From positions 142,786,001 to 142,850,000 of the forward strand of contig NC_086098.1 of assembly GCF_963921235.1 (NCBI RefSeq): DNA of 64,000 nucleotides, written 5' to 3'. The stretch's first letter is position 1. Each line of letters opens with the position of its first letter. Below, one piece after another: positions 37,795-48,485 of the stretch. The notes beneath the pieces are model-generated. The model had not been told where the DNA came from, ran no database searches, and saw only the letters and a list, made by a program, of their open reading frames with translations. Made by a program: the position numbers and the translations under genes. This DNA is from Mobula hypostoma. Its lineage: Eukaryota.

Positions 37795-39130
37795 GTGAGG
37801 TGAAAGGTCAGCGTAAACAGCTGGGGGAGGGGAGGAAGAACTACAGGGTGGTAGGTGATAGGTGAAACTGGGAGAGGGGGAGGAGTGAAGTAAAGAGCTG
37901 GGAAACTGATTGGTGAAAGAGATAAAGGGCTGGAGAAGGGGGAATCTGATAGGAGAGGGAAGAAGAACATGGAAGAAAGGGGAGGGGGAGGAGCACCAGA
38001 GGGAGGTGATGGGCAGGGAAGAATATGAGATACGAGAGGGAAACAGGAATAATGAAGGAGAGGGAAATTACTGGAAGTTTGAGAAATTGATGGTCATATC
38101 ATCAGGTTGGAGGCTGCCCAGGTGGAATATGAGATGTTACTTCTCCAACCTGTGTGTGGCAGAAGTGGAGGCCTTGGATTGGCATGTCGGAATGGGAATG
38201 GGAAATAGAAATGAAGTGGTTGGCCACTGGGAAATCCTGCTTTTTCTGGTAGATGACGTATACGTGCTTGGTGAAGCAGTCTCCCAATCTATGTTAGGTC
38301 TCACCGATATACAGGAGGCCGCACCAGAGAGAGTATATGACTGCAACAGGCTCACAGGTGAAGTGTCGCCTCACCTGGAAGGACTGTTTAGGGCCCTGAA
38401 TGGTAGTATTGGGGGAGGTGTAAGGACAGGTGTGGCACTTGTTCTGCTTGCAAGGGTAAGTGCCAGGAGGGAGAATTAGTGGGGTGAGGCGAATGGTCAA
38501 GGGAGTTGTGTAGGGAGTGATCCCTGCTGAAAGCAGAAAGTGGGGAGGGGGGTAGGGAAAGATGTACATGGTGGTGGGGCTCCATTGGAGATGGCGGAAG
38601 TTAACGGAGAATTATGTGCTGGACACAGAGGCTCCTAGGGTGGTAGGTGAGGACAAGAGGAGCTCTATCCCTGGTGGGGTGGTGGGAGGATGGGATGCAG
38701 GCAGACGTGTGCGAAATGGAAGAGATGCGGGTGAGGGCAGTGTTGATGGTGGAGGATGGAAAGCCCCTTTCTTTGAAGAAGGAGGACATCTCATTAGTTC
38801 TGGAATGAAAAGCCTCATCCTGAAAGCAGATGCAGCAAAGATGGGGGAACTGAGAGGAGGGGGTGGCATTTTTATAAATGACAGTGTGAGAAGAGGTATA
38901 GTCCAGATAGCTGTGAGAATCAGTGGGTTTGTAAAAGATATCAGTAGATACACTGTCCCCAGAGATAGAGACAAAGAATCGAGGAAGGGGAGGGAGGTGT
39001 CAGAAATGGATGGATGATCAGGTAAATTTGAGGGTAGGGTGGAAGTTGGAGGCAAAGTTGATGAAGTCGATGAGCTCAACATGGAAGCAGGAAGCAGTCA
39101 TCGATGTAGCGTAGGAAAAGTTGGGGAGTG
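37795..39130 (-). mobile_element. Penelope-like element (RT C-terminus plus GIY-YIG)
   Basis: FLRYIDD, FFKERGFP, PLVLTYHP, C..C, LLYIGET and VANHF motifs across ORFs 38102-39270. Confidence 0.92.
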
Positions 39131-39164
39131 ATACCGGGGTTAGCTTGGAGCATAGACAACAAGA

Positions 39165-39390
39165 AAGCCAAACTGAAGATGGGTCCCAGCAAGATGCAGG
39201 CTGTCAGGGATTGGTCAGAGGCCTCCACAATCATGCAGCTTCGGGGGGGGGGGGGGGTCCTGGTGTCCACAAGTTTTTACTGGAAGTTCATCTGCAACGT
39301 CAGTTCCATCGCCAAACTCTTGCTGTTCAGACCAAAGGACCCTCTGGCCCATTTTGCTGGAGCACAGAAGCCGTGGTTGCTTTTCAGGTA
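39165..39390 (+). mobile_element. Ty3/Gypsy pol fragment (RT/RNase H connection)
   Basis: KMGPSKMQAVRDW...FYWKFICNVSSIAKLL...F.WS.EA..AF corresponds to Gypsy MDP.KV.AV.DW..FYRRFI.NFS.IA.PL. Confidence 0.75.
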
Positions 39391-40049
39391 GGGGTGTAAT
39401 GACCCTGCCCCCCCCCCAGTGATAGGTGGGACAGAAACAATTCAGTGAAGTTTAAGAGCAGGGATCCACCGTAGCCCCACCAGTAAGAAGGGTGGGAAAC
39501 CAGCACTGCAGGGAAATGCTGACTCCTGTCCCCTTTATATGTAGTTTTGTTGTAGGTGCCACCACCAATACTTTGAATTTGCCATCAGTAGGTAGATTAA
39601 GCAGAAACAAAGGAATGAAAATATTAAAGGAAGTTCACAACCACTGGACTGGACAGCTGTATGGAGCAATAACAAGAGTGACTGGGGTGTCCTGCTGGAT
39701 TGTTGGCAGTGAAAGCATTTGTATTTGGCATCAAGTGTTGTTTGGCAAGTTTAATTGGCCCTGTGCCAAACTTTAAACTTCATTCTGTCATAAATATTAT
39801 CACATTATCTGCAAAGTCGACTTGAGTGCTCTGATGTGGAATAACAGCACCAAAAACAAGAAGTAATTCTTCCACTTCCAGCGATGGGTGGATCTGAGAT
39901 AAAGATTGTTTGGTGTGGTTTTTCCAGGGTATTAAGAATGAACAATTTACAGCTAATGGAAGATTTCACAACATCAGAATACCCCTTAGCCAATTCACAG
40001 TCAATACTGTAATTTTATTGAAGTCTTGCCATCTGTTCCCCTGCTATAC

Positions 40050-40850
40050 GAGGTTCAAGATTGTTTTTGTCATTTCCAGGACACAAATGTAATGGAGAAT
40101 GAAATCATTTTTCCTCCAGATCTGATGAAGTGCATAAAAAAAACTCAATAAGATAAAGAACACAATAATTTAAAAAATGCAATAAATATACAGAAAATAA
40201 ATAAAATAGCTGATATATATGGATTGATTGCATGTACACAGAGTGATGCTCGGCACAGGAGTGTCTGTATGTAAGGTGCCCGACAGGAAATGATAAAGCA
40301 CCGGTGGTTGGGGGGTGTGAAGGGGTGGGTTAGAGGGTAGAAGTGTTGATCAGACTTACTGCTTGGGGAAAGTAACTGTTTTTGAGTTTGGTGGTGCTGG
40401 TGTGGATGTTACACAGCCTCCTCCCTGATGGGAGTGGGACAAAGCCCACGAACAGTGCGGAGGTGGGATCCTTCAGGCTGTTACTGCCCTTTTTTTGGGC
40501 ACCTTTCTGTATATATGTCCTTGATGGCAGGTAGGCAGGTACTGGTGATGCACTGGGCAGTCTTGACCACCTGATGCAGCTTGTTAGGATGTACTCTACC
40601 GTGCATCTGCAGAAGGACGTGAGTTAAGATGTACATAGTCTAACACTCTTTGGCCTCCTCAGAAAGTAGAGGTGTTGCTAAGTTTTCCTGATTGTGTGGG
40701 ATGCGTTCTGGGACTATGAGCTGTTGTGCGAGGTGTGCACTTTCAGGAGTTTGACATTGCTCACAGTTTCCTTTGCCATGTCAGTGTTGTAAAGAGGGCT
40801 GTGAGTGGTGTGAGTTCTATAACTATCTCCTTCGCCTTGTTGACATTGAG
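40050..40850 (-). mobile_element. Old Rex1-like 3' fragment
   Basis: DPTSALF..LPSGRRL-like DNA and a Rex1-type UTR, heavily decayed. Confidence 0.65.
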
Positions 40851-41334
40851 TACACTCTGGTTTGTTGTGTATCCCTGTCACTTACTCTCTCTCTCAGCTT
40901 GCACTGTTTCAAACTGCTTCGATTCTATTTCCCGCTTTTCTGTCCATCGATATCTTCTGGCAGACCAGTGCTGAAAAGTCAGTGATTTCACACTGAGCTC
41001 ATTTGGAGCTTCACTGTAAACAGTCCTCCAGTTGTTACAGCTCCCTGGTGTTCTCTGCTATATCATATATCAAATCTTTTTAGTTTTCTGACAACTAAAT
41101 TATCCACATTTTCAACACCATCCTCTCCTGTATGATTTGTCCTATGAAGCCGTCCTGTCAATAGAAACTCTTAATGATTAGGAGGGTGCTTAAGGTTTCA
41201 TAATTGTATTTGTGGTCTGTGTTATCATGAACAGTATAATCACAAACAGGTCAATTACGTCTGAAAACCACCTTTACCATTTCGGACAATTTTAATACTC
41301 CGTTCCTTCATTAAGTGCTGTGTTGTATAACGTG

Positions 41335-41670
41335 GGCAATTGTGTTCTTTCTGTGACCATGATTGTTCCTGGCTAATTTTTCTACCGACGTGCTTTGCCA
41401 TTGCCTTCTTTCTGGGTCGTGTCTTTACAAGACGGATGACCCCAGCCATTATCAATGTTCTTCAGAGATTGTCTACCCGGCATCAGTGGTCACAAAACCA
41501 GGACTTGTGATGTGCGCCAGCTGCTCATACCATCTGCTCCCATAGCTTCAGGTGATCTTGATGGGGGGGCTAAACAGGTGCCACACTTGCCCAAGGGTGA
41601 CCTGCAGGCTAGTGGAGGGAAGGAGCACCTTACACATCCTTTGGTAGGGATATCCACTCAATCACCCAAA
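41335..41670 (-). mobile_element. BovB-partner (Bov-A/Sauria-like) SINE
   Basis: Minus strand has gaaggcaatggcaaagcac...gccaggaacaatcatggtc; sister copy at 43755-43992. Confidence 0.65.
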
Positions 41671-42676
41671 TTTTAATACTACAGTATGTGAAAGGACAAG
41701 TAAAAATACTGATGAAAAATATTCCTTGCTGCATCTTCTCAGTTCCATTTTCCTCATTTCCATATCGATGTTATATTTGTGATGGTATTAGGTATTACTG
41801 TCCATGGCATAGCTTCTAAAATGTTCTTTCCTCCCCAGTCAGGATTTCTCATCTCTGGCTGACATAATCATGGCTGAAACTTGCTTACCTCCTAGGTTTC
41901 TGTCCCGCAGCCCTCTCTGTCGCAATCTGGTCATGTAAAACTGAGGAAACACAAAAGAATTTGCAGATGCTGAAAGTCCAAAGTGACACACACAAAATGC
42001 TGGAGGAACTCAGCAGGTCAGGCAGCGTCTATGGAGATGTGTAAATAGTTGATATTTGCCTGAAATGTCGAATGTAAAGGATGGTCCTCATTTTATTCCC
42101 CATCACTGCCAGAGCCTGTTGCATCATCTTCCACTACTGATTTCATCCAATGGTTCTACCATCAAATACATTGGCCAATCCACCTCCCCTATCCTCTTGA
42201 TAAAGTGTTGTTTCAATCTCTTTTATCTCTTAATTTCAGTGCCATCTGTAAGGAGTTTGTATGTTCTCCCAGTGGGTTTCCTCTGGTTGCTCTAGTTTCC
42301 ACTTGCAGTTCAAAGGCATATTAGTTAGTAGGTTAACTGGTCATTATGAATTGTCCTGTGACTCAGCTTGAACGAAATCGGTGGGCTGGATGGTCCTGTT
42401 TTGCACTGTATCGCTAAATAAAGTAAAAATTAACAGCAGCCCATCTGACCTTTGCCAGCTTTCTTTCCATGCATTAACAAGATCTGACCATTTAACTAAC
42501 AAAATCTTTCTTGGAAGTTAGCTAGCAATTCAGATGAACTCCAAGCTAGAAAACTGCCTATGGTTTTATCTCCTCGACACAGGTTTGGTCAGGTTAGTTG
42601 AAGCTCGCGCGTATTGCACATCTCTGTCTATTTTGCACAAGGCTGGTTGAGTATGGAGGACCAATAATATATTTCT

Positions 42677-43050
42677 AACATGAGAAAATCTGCAGATGCT
42701 GGAAATCTAAGGCAGCTGAAATTCCCGGAGGAACTCAACAGGACAGACAGCACCTATGGAGAACAGTAAGCAGTCGACGTTTTGGGCCAAGACCCTTCAT
42801 CAGGACTGGAGAGCAGGAGGAGAAATCAGAATCAGAAGTTGGTCGGGAGGGGAGGAAGATGTACGAGGTGGTAGGTGATAAGTGAAACCGGGAGAGGGGA
42901 AGAGGGTGAAGCAAAGAGTGGGGAAGTTGATTGATGAAAGGGATAAACACCTGGAGAAGGGGGAATCTGATCAAAGAGGACAAAAGCCCAGGGAAGAAAG
43001 GGAAGGGGGAGGAGCACCAGAGGGAGGTGATGGGCAGATAAGTCAGGATG
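42677..43050 (-). mobile_element. Penelope pseudo-LTR with hammerhead motif (42771-42808)
   Basis: Minus strand reads cagtcCTGATGAAGGGTCTTGGCCCAAAACGTCgactg: 5-bp stem I, GAAA changed to AAAA. Confidence 0.82.
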
Positions 43051-43754
43051 GTGTACGACTTGAAGGAGAGCCTGTAGGTGGTGGCATTCTCATACACTTG
43101 CTGCCATTGTCCTTCTTGATGGTAGAGGTTGAGGGTTTAGCTGGTACTTGCTGTACTCCGTATGAACAAGTGAAGGCATTTTATGAATATGGTACAATTT
43201 ACACAGAGCGCTTGGCTGCCAATAGTTAAAACATCCCAGGATAATCAAAAGACTTTGTCCTGAGTTAACTCATTTCTGCTTTGAATTTACTTTGTATCTA
43301 CTGTGTAATTAGGGCAAGTTCATTCAATGCAGTGTACTTGACTTATGAGCTCAGCACTGAGGTGGCATTTTCAAGAAGTCCAACAATAAAATAATTCCTT
43401 CAAAAGTAGTTACTGCGGCAGTTTTTGCATGAACAAAAGTAAGCCCTGTTATTATTGCTATTTTCTTAACAGAAATATTTGACTACTAAAATTAAATACC
43501 CTACCTTTTTTGAAAGTGATAAGCAGAAGATTGGTAAAATAAACAGAAAATAAGATGGTTGCAATAGTCAAGTGAAATATTTTCAGATCATTCAGGAATT
43601 GAAAACTGTTTATGCATGAAACTGGCACAAATCATCCATCTGGACTTAAGAGTCAAAGTGTCTTTTACAGCATGGAAGCAGGAACATTGACCCAAGATGA
43701 TAGTGCCTTCCTTAACCAGTCCATTTTGCCTATTTTTAGTCTATAACCCTCTAA

Positions 43755-43992
43755 CATTGTCTGCCTGGTGACCACTGACGACAGCCAGACAATCTCTGAA
43801 GAGATTGATAATGGTTGGTGTCGCTGGTCTTGTAAAGGCACTGCCCAGAAGAAGGCAATGGCAAACCAGTTCTGTAGAAACATTTTCCAAGAACAATCAT
43901 GGTCATGGATAGAGAAAAGAATAAGAAGAGAAATTCAGATGGAAGACCATGTTGGCCCATGTCATATGTTATGGCACATAATGATGATGACA
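43755..43992 (+). mobile_element. BovB-partner SINE 3' part
   Basis: gaaggcaatggcaaaccagttctgtag...; ends ggcacataatgatgatga, like the RTE tail. Confidence 0.65.
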
Positions 43993-44009
43993 ATGACCCC
44001 TCCAAACCT

Positions 44010-45110
44010 TCCTATCCATGAAGTTCTCTAAATGCTTAACCCTAAGCATTTAATTATACCCACATCTAGCACTTCCCCAGCAGCTCGTTCCCTATACCAC
44101 CAGACCCTATGTGAAAAACTTGTCCCTCACAACCCTTTAAATCTTGTCTCTCTCACCTTAAATCTGTGTCCTCCACTTTTAGGCCACCCTATCCTAGGAA
44201 AAAGACTGCGAACATCCACCTCTCCTGTACGGCTCATGAAATTATAAACCTTTATGAGCGAACCCCTCCTTCACACCAGGGAAAAATATTTCAGCCTATT
44301 CAATCTTTTCTTATAACTCCTGCCACCTGCAATGACATCCATTCCTAAACTAACCTTCTGAATCCTCTGCACTCTGTCTGACTAAATCACATCCATCCTG
44401 TGGCAAGGTAACCAGCACTTAAAATTCCTGGTGCTGTGTCCCCGACATCTCTTACAGCCCAAACCTTGTACAAAGGTCTCTGTCCAATGAAAGCAAGAGT
44501 ACCAAGTGCCTTCTTCACCACCTTGACTACCCATGTCACAACTATATACGTGCCCCTAGGTCTTTCTGTTCAATAATTTTCCCCATGGGCTGTTGTGTAA
44601 ATCCTACCCCTGGTTTAATTTCCCTAAATGCATCACCTTGAATCTTTTAAATTACATCTGCCATTCCTTTGCGCAGTTTTCCTGCTAATATATACCCTGA
44701 TGCAACCCCTGACCACCACTCTACCAGTTTGGTGTCATCCACAAGCGTACTATTCATACTCATCCAAACATTCATATCCAAATCATTAATATATTTGAGA
44801 AACACCAGGAGGCCCGGCAGCGATCTTTGCAACGCACCCCGGTCAAATCTCTATGGTTGAAGAACCATTCTCCACTACCACTGTACAACTCCTCTGACCA
44901 AGCCAAATTTGTATCTAACTGTCTAGCTCACCCTGGGTCTCATATCATCTAACCTACTCAGACTAGCCTACCATTTGGCACCTTGTCAAACGCCTTGCTA
45001 AAGTCCACGCCCACATCAATTCTCCTGGTCACTTAGAATGCTCAACTAAATTTATGAAACAAAATTTCCCGTGCACTGACTCATGCTGTGTCTGCTAAGC
45101 AGTCCTCGTC
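44010..45110 (-). mobile_element. Old CR1 fragment
   Basis: ORF 44647-44832 (FLKYINDLD...VDDTKL). Confidence 0.75.
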
Positions 45111-45779
45111 AGATAGGTCCTGTTTCTCAGAATGCTCTCCCGTACCCTGATCATCGCACACTGTTTCTGCTGGTAGCTCAGCGTCCCATTATCAGAGTAC
45201 CAACATGGCCAGATAGACTGGAACAGCAACACACGTACGCAGAGTTATCAGAGGACAGCATGAGAGACATGCAGCTTAGGAGAATAGAGAGCTATGAGTA
45301 AGCCTAGGTAGTTCTAAGGTAAGGACACGTTTGGCACAGCTTTGTGGGCCGAAGGCTCTGTATTGAGCTGTAGGTTTTCTATGTTTCTAAGAAACATTTT
45401 TCGTGTGGCTGCACTGGCCTGTGTAAACAAACTGAACAAAAACTTAAAGCGCAGCCAACCAAGTCAGCCACAAAATGAAATTCTCATGTGCTCCACAGAT
45501 CAGAGACGTCCAGTGCGTCCCCTGATTTGCGGAAGGACAAGGCACGAAGTTTCACCGCGAGGTGAGGACATTAGGTCTGCAGGAAGCAAATGGAGATGCT
45601 CAGCTGAAGGTACCACGACATCGAACAAAAGGCTATTTGACAAAAGAAAAGACTCCATGCGGTGGGCAGCATTATTTACACCCCTATGCCTTTACAAAGA
45701 TATCCTTTACCTTTTTATGTGTTCGACCTTGCGATTCAGCAAGCAGAAGCGTGTACATGCAGCATGTAAGTGCCTTTAC

Positions 45780-46255
45780 GAAGTATTGGATACAGCCCAA
45801 CCCATCATGGGTAAAGCCCTCCCCACCGTTGAGCACACCTACATGAAACACTGTCACAGGAAAGCAGCATCCATCATCAACATCCCCCACCACCCGTGCC
45901 ATGCTCTCTTCTCGCTGCTGCCATCGGAAAGATGGTACAGGGGCCTGAGGACAGTTACTGCCCCTCAACCTTCAGGCCCTTGACCCAAAGGGGATAACTT
46001 CATCCGCCCCATCACTGAACTCTTCCCACAACCTATGGATTCACTTATATTACGGTCACGATATTTGTTGCTTGCTTGTTTATTTATTTATTTATTGATT
46101 GATTGATCGATTGATCGTGTATTTGCAGAGTTTGTTGTCTTTTCCACATTGGTTGTTGTCCATCCTGTTGGTGTGGTCTGTCGTTGGTGCTGTTACGTTT
46201 CTTCTATTTACTGTGAATGTTTGCAAGAAAATGAACCCTAAATATACTTTGAACC
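45780..46255 (+). mobile_element. Rex1-like 3' fragment
   Basis: LDTAQPIMGKALPTVEHTYMKHC.RKAASII..PHHPCHALFSLLPS. Confidence 0.82.
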
Positions 46256-46257
46256 TG

Positions 46258-48110
46258 GAGCAGCTGACACTTTGGGCCAAAGCCTTTTATCAGGACTGGA
46301 AAAATAGAGGGCAGAAGCCCAAATAAAGGGGTCGAGGGAGGGGAAGGAGCACAAGCTGGCAGGTGATAGGTGAGCCCAGTTGAGAGGGGGGAGATAGGTA
46401 GTTGGGGGAAGGGTGGGGAGTGTTCAATGGGAATGTTGTGAGAAACTGGGAGGTGATAGGTGGAAGAAGATAGAATCTGATAGGAGAGGACAGTGTGCAG
46501 GGGAATAAAAGGAAAGAGGTGGTTGACCTGGAGAGAGGAAGGTGTGGGTGATGGGAAGGACATGAGGGTGGGGGAGGGGGAAGAGAAGTGGTAAAGAGCT
46601 GGAGGAATGAGGAAAAATGAAGTTGGGGGGGTGGTAGGGGAAGAGGGGAGTAGTTACCAAAAGTTAGAGCAACTGATGTTGAGTCTGTCCATTTGGAATA
46701 TGAGATGTTGCTGCCCCCGGTCTGTGACCGCCCTCAGCATGGCTGCAGAGGAGGCTGTGGACAGACTTGTCAGTGTGGAAATGGGAAGTAGAATTAAAAT
46801 GGTCGTCCATCAGGAGATCCTGACTGAGTGGCAGCGAAGTGAAGTTGCTCGACCAAGTGATACCCCAATCGGCATTCAGTGGCACTGGCGTAGAGCAGCC
46901 TGCACTGGGCATATATAAGTGACATATATCGATTTGCACGTGAAGTTCTGCCACATCAGTTTAGGGCCCTGAATGGCAATGAGGGAGGAGATGCAGGGGC
47001 AGGCATACGTGCCTATAGGAAGGTCGGTGGGGAGGGATGAGCAGACAAGGGAGTCGTGGAGAGAGAAATCCCTGTGGAAAGCAGAGAGTGAAGGGGAGGG
47101 GAAGATGTACCTGGTGGTGGGATCCTATTGGTGAAAGTTGTGGAGAATAAAATGTGGGATGTGGGGTGGTAGGTGAGGACAAGGGGAACCCTATCCCTGT
47201 TATGTTGGATGGGTAATGGGGTGAGGGCAGACATGCAGGAAACTGAAGAGGTGTGGGTTGGGGATGCATTAATAACATTGGAGGGGAAACCCCATATTCT
47301 CAGATGTCCTGGAATGGTAAACTTCATTACATGAACAGATGTGGGAGAGACAGAGGAAATGAGTAAAGGGAATGGCATCCCTGTGAGAGACAAAGTGGGA
47401 AAAGATGTAGTCGGTAACTGTGGGAGTCAGTAGGCTTTTAAAATATGTTGGTAGATAATCCATCTCTGGTGATGGAGACAGAAAGATCAAGAAAAGGGAC
47501 AGAGGTGTCAGAAATGGACCAGGTGATGTTGGGGGTGGGGCGGAAGTTGGTGGCGAAATTCATAAAATTGATGGGCTCCACAAGGTACAAGAAGCATCAT
47601 CAGTGTAGCAGAGAAAGAGTTGTGGAGTGTTACCAGTGTCAGCTTGGTCCATGTAGCCAACGTAAAGCCAGGCATAGCTGGGGACCATGCGAGTGCCCAT
47701 TGCTTCCCTCTTGGGCGAAGCCTAAAGAGAAGTTTTTAAGGGTGAGTACCAATTCTGTCAGATGGAGGAGGGTGATGGTGGTGGAGGAGAACTGTTCGGG
47801 TCTGTTATGAAGAAAGGAGTTGAGAGACCTGAGGCCTTCCTGTTGGGGGATGGAAATGTACAGGGACTGGACATCCATTGTGAAAATGAGGCAGTCAGGG
47901 CTCTGGACTGGGTACTGGTGGAAACCATGCGAAATATCACGAGTGTAGGTTGGGAAGGGACTGAACCAAGAGCACGTGAGTTCACTGGGGCAGGAGCAGG
48001 TGGAAACCGCAGGCCTAGTGGGGCAGTTAACTTTGTGGATCTTGGGTAGAGAAGGACAGTATGAGGTTGGAGAACAATGACAAAAAGCGGAGATTCTCCA
48101 GACTGATGAG
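46258..48110 (-). mobile_element. Decayed Penelope-like element (RT through pLTR)
   Basis: MDVQSLYISIP..EGL..L.ELVLTLKNFS, RVPLVLTYHP and DHFNSTSH motifs; degenerate hammerhead near 46261-46298. Confidence 0.85.
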
Positions 48111-48485
48111 GCTGGTGATCGTGGGAGCCAGTGAGAGACAGAGCCTCCAAATCACTCTAGCAAATGTCTCTGCCATGATACTGGTCACTTCCCATTCTGC
48201 AGATATTCCACATGCTCCAGGAAGATTCCTGAAATGTCAGTATCCTCCAGTTGCAGAGACAATTAGAAAAAAAGCCTAAACTTTACATTGAATTTCATTA
48301 TTTGAAAGTTGGCACCAGTTACTGCATATCATTTGTTTTAAGTGTTAGTGAAATTGGTATTGATTAATTTGAAAATGAACCAAAAACAATGATTTACTTT
48401 ACTTTTATTTTGTGATACAGCGCAAAATAGGCCCGTTTGGCCCTTTGTGCCACACCGACCAGCAACTCTTGATTCAACCTTAAAC

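Noticed and set aside
37910-39017. Long plus-strand ORFs (189 and 151 aa)
   Set aside because: Antisense shadows of the Penelope element.
45342-45983. 213-aa plus-strand ORF
   Set aside because: Chimera of a CR1 tail, unique DNA and a Rex1 3' fragment; not a coherent gene.
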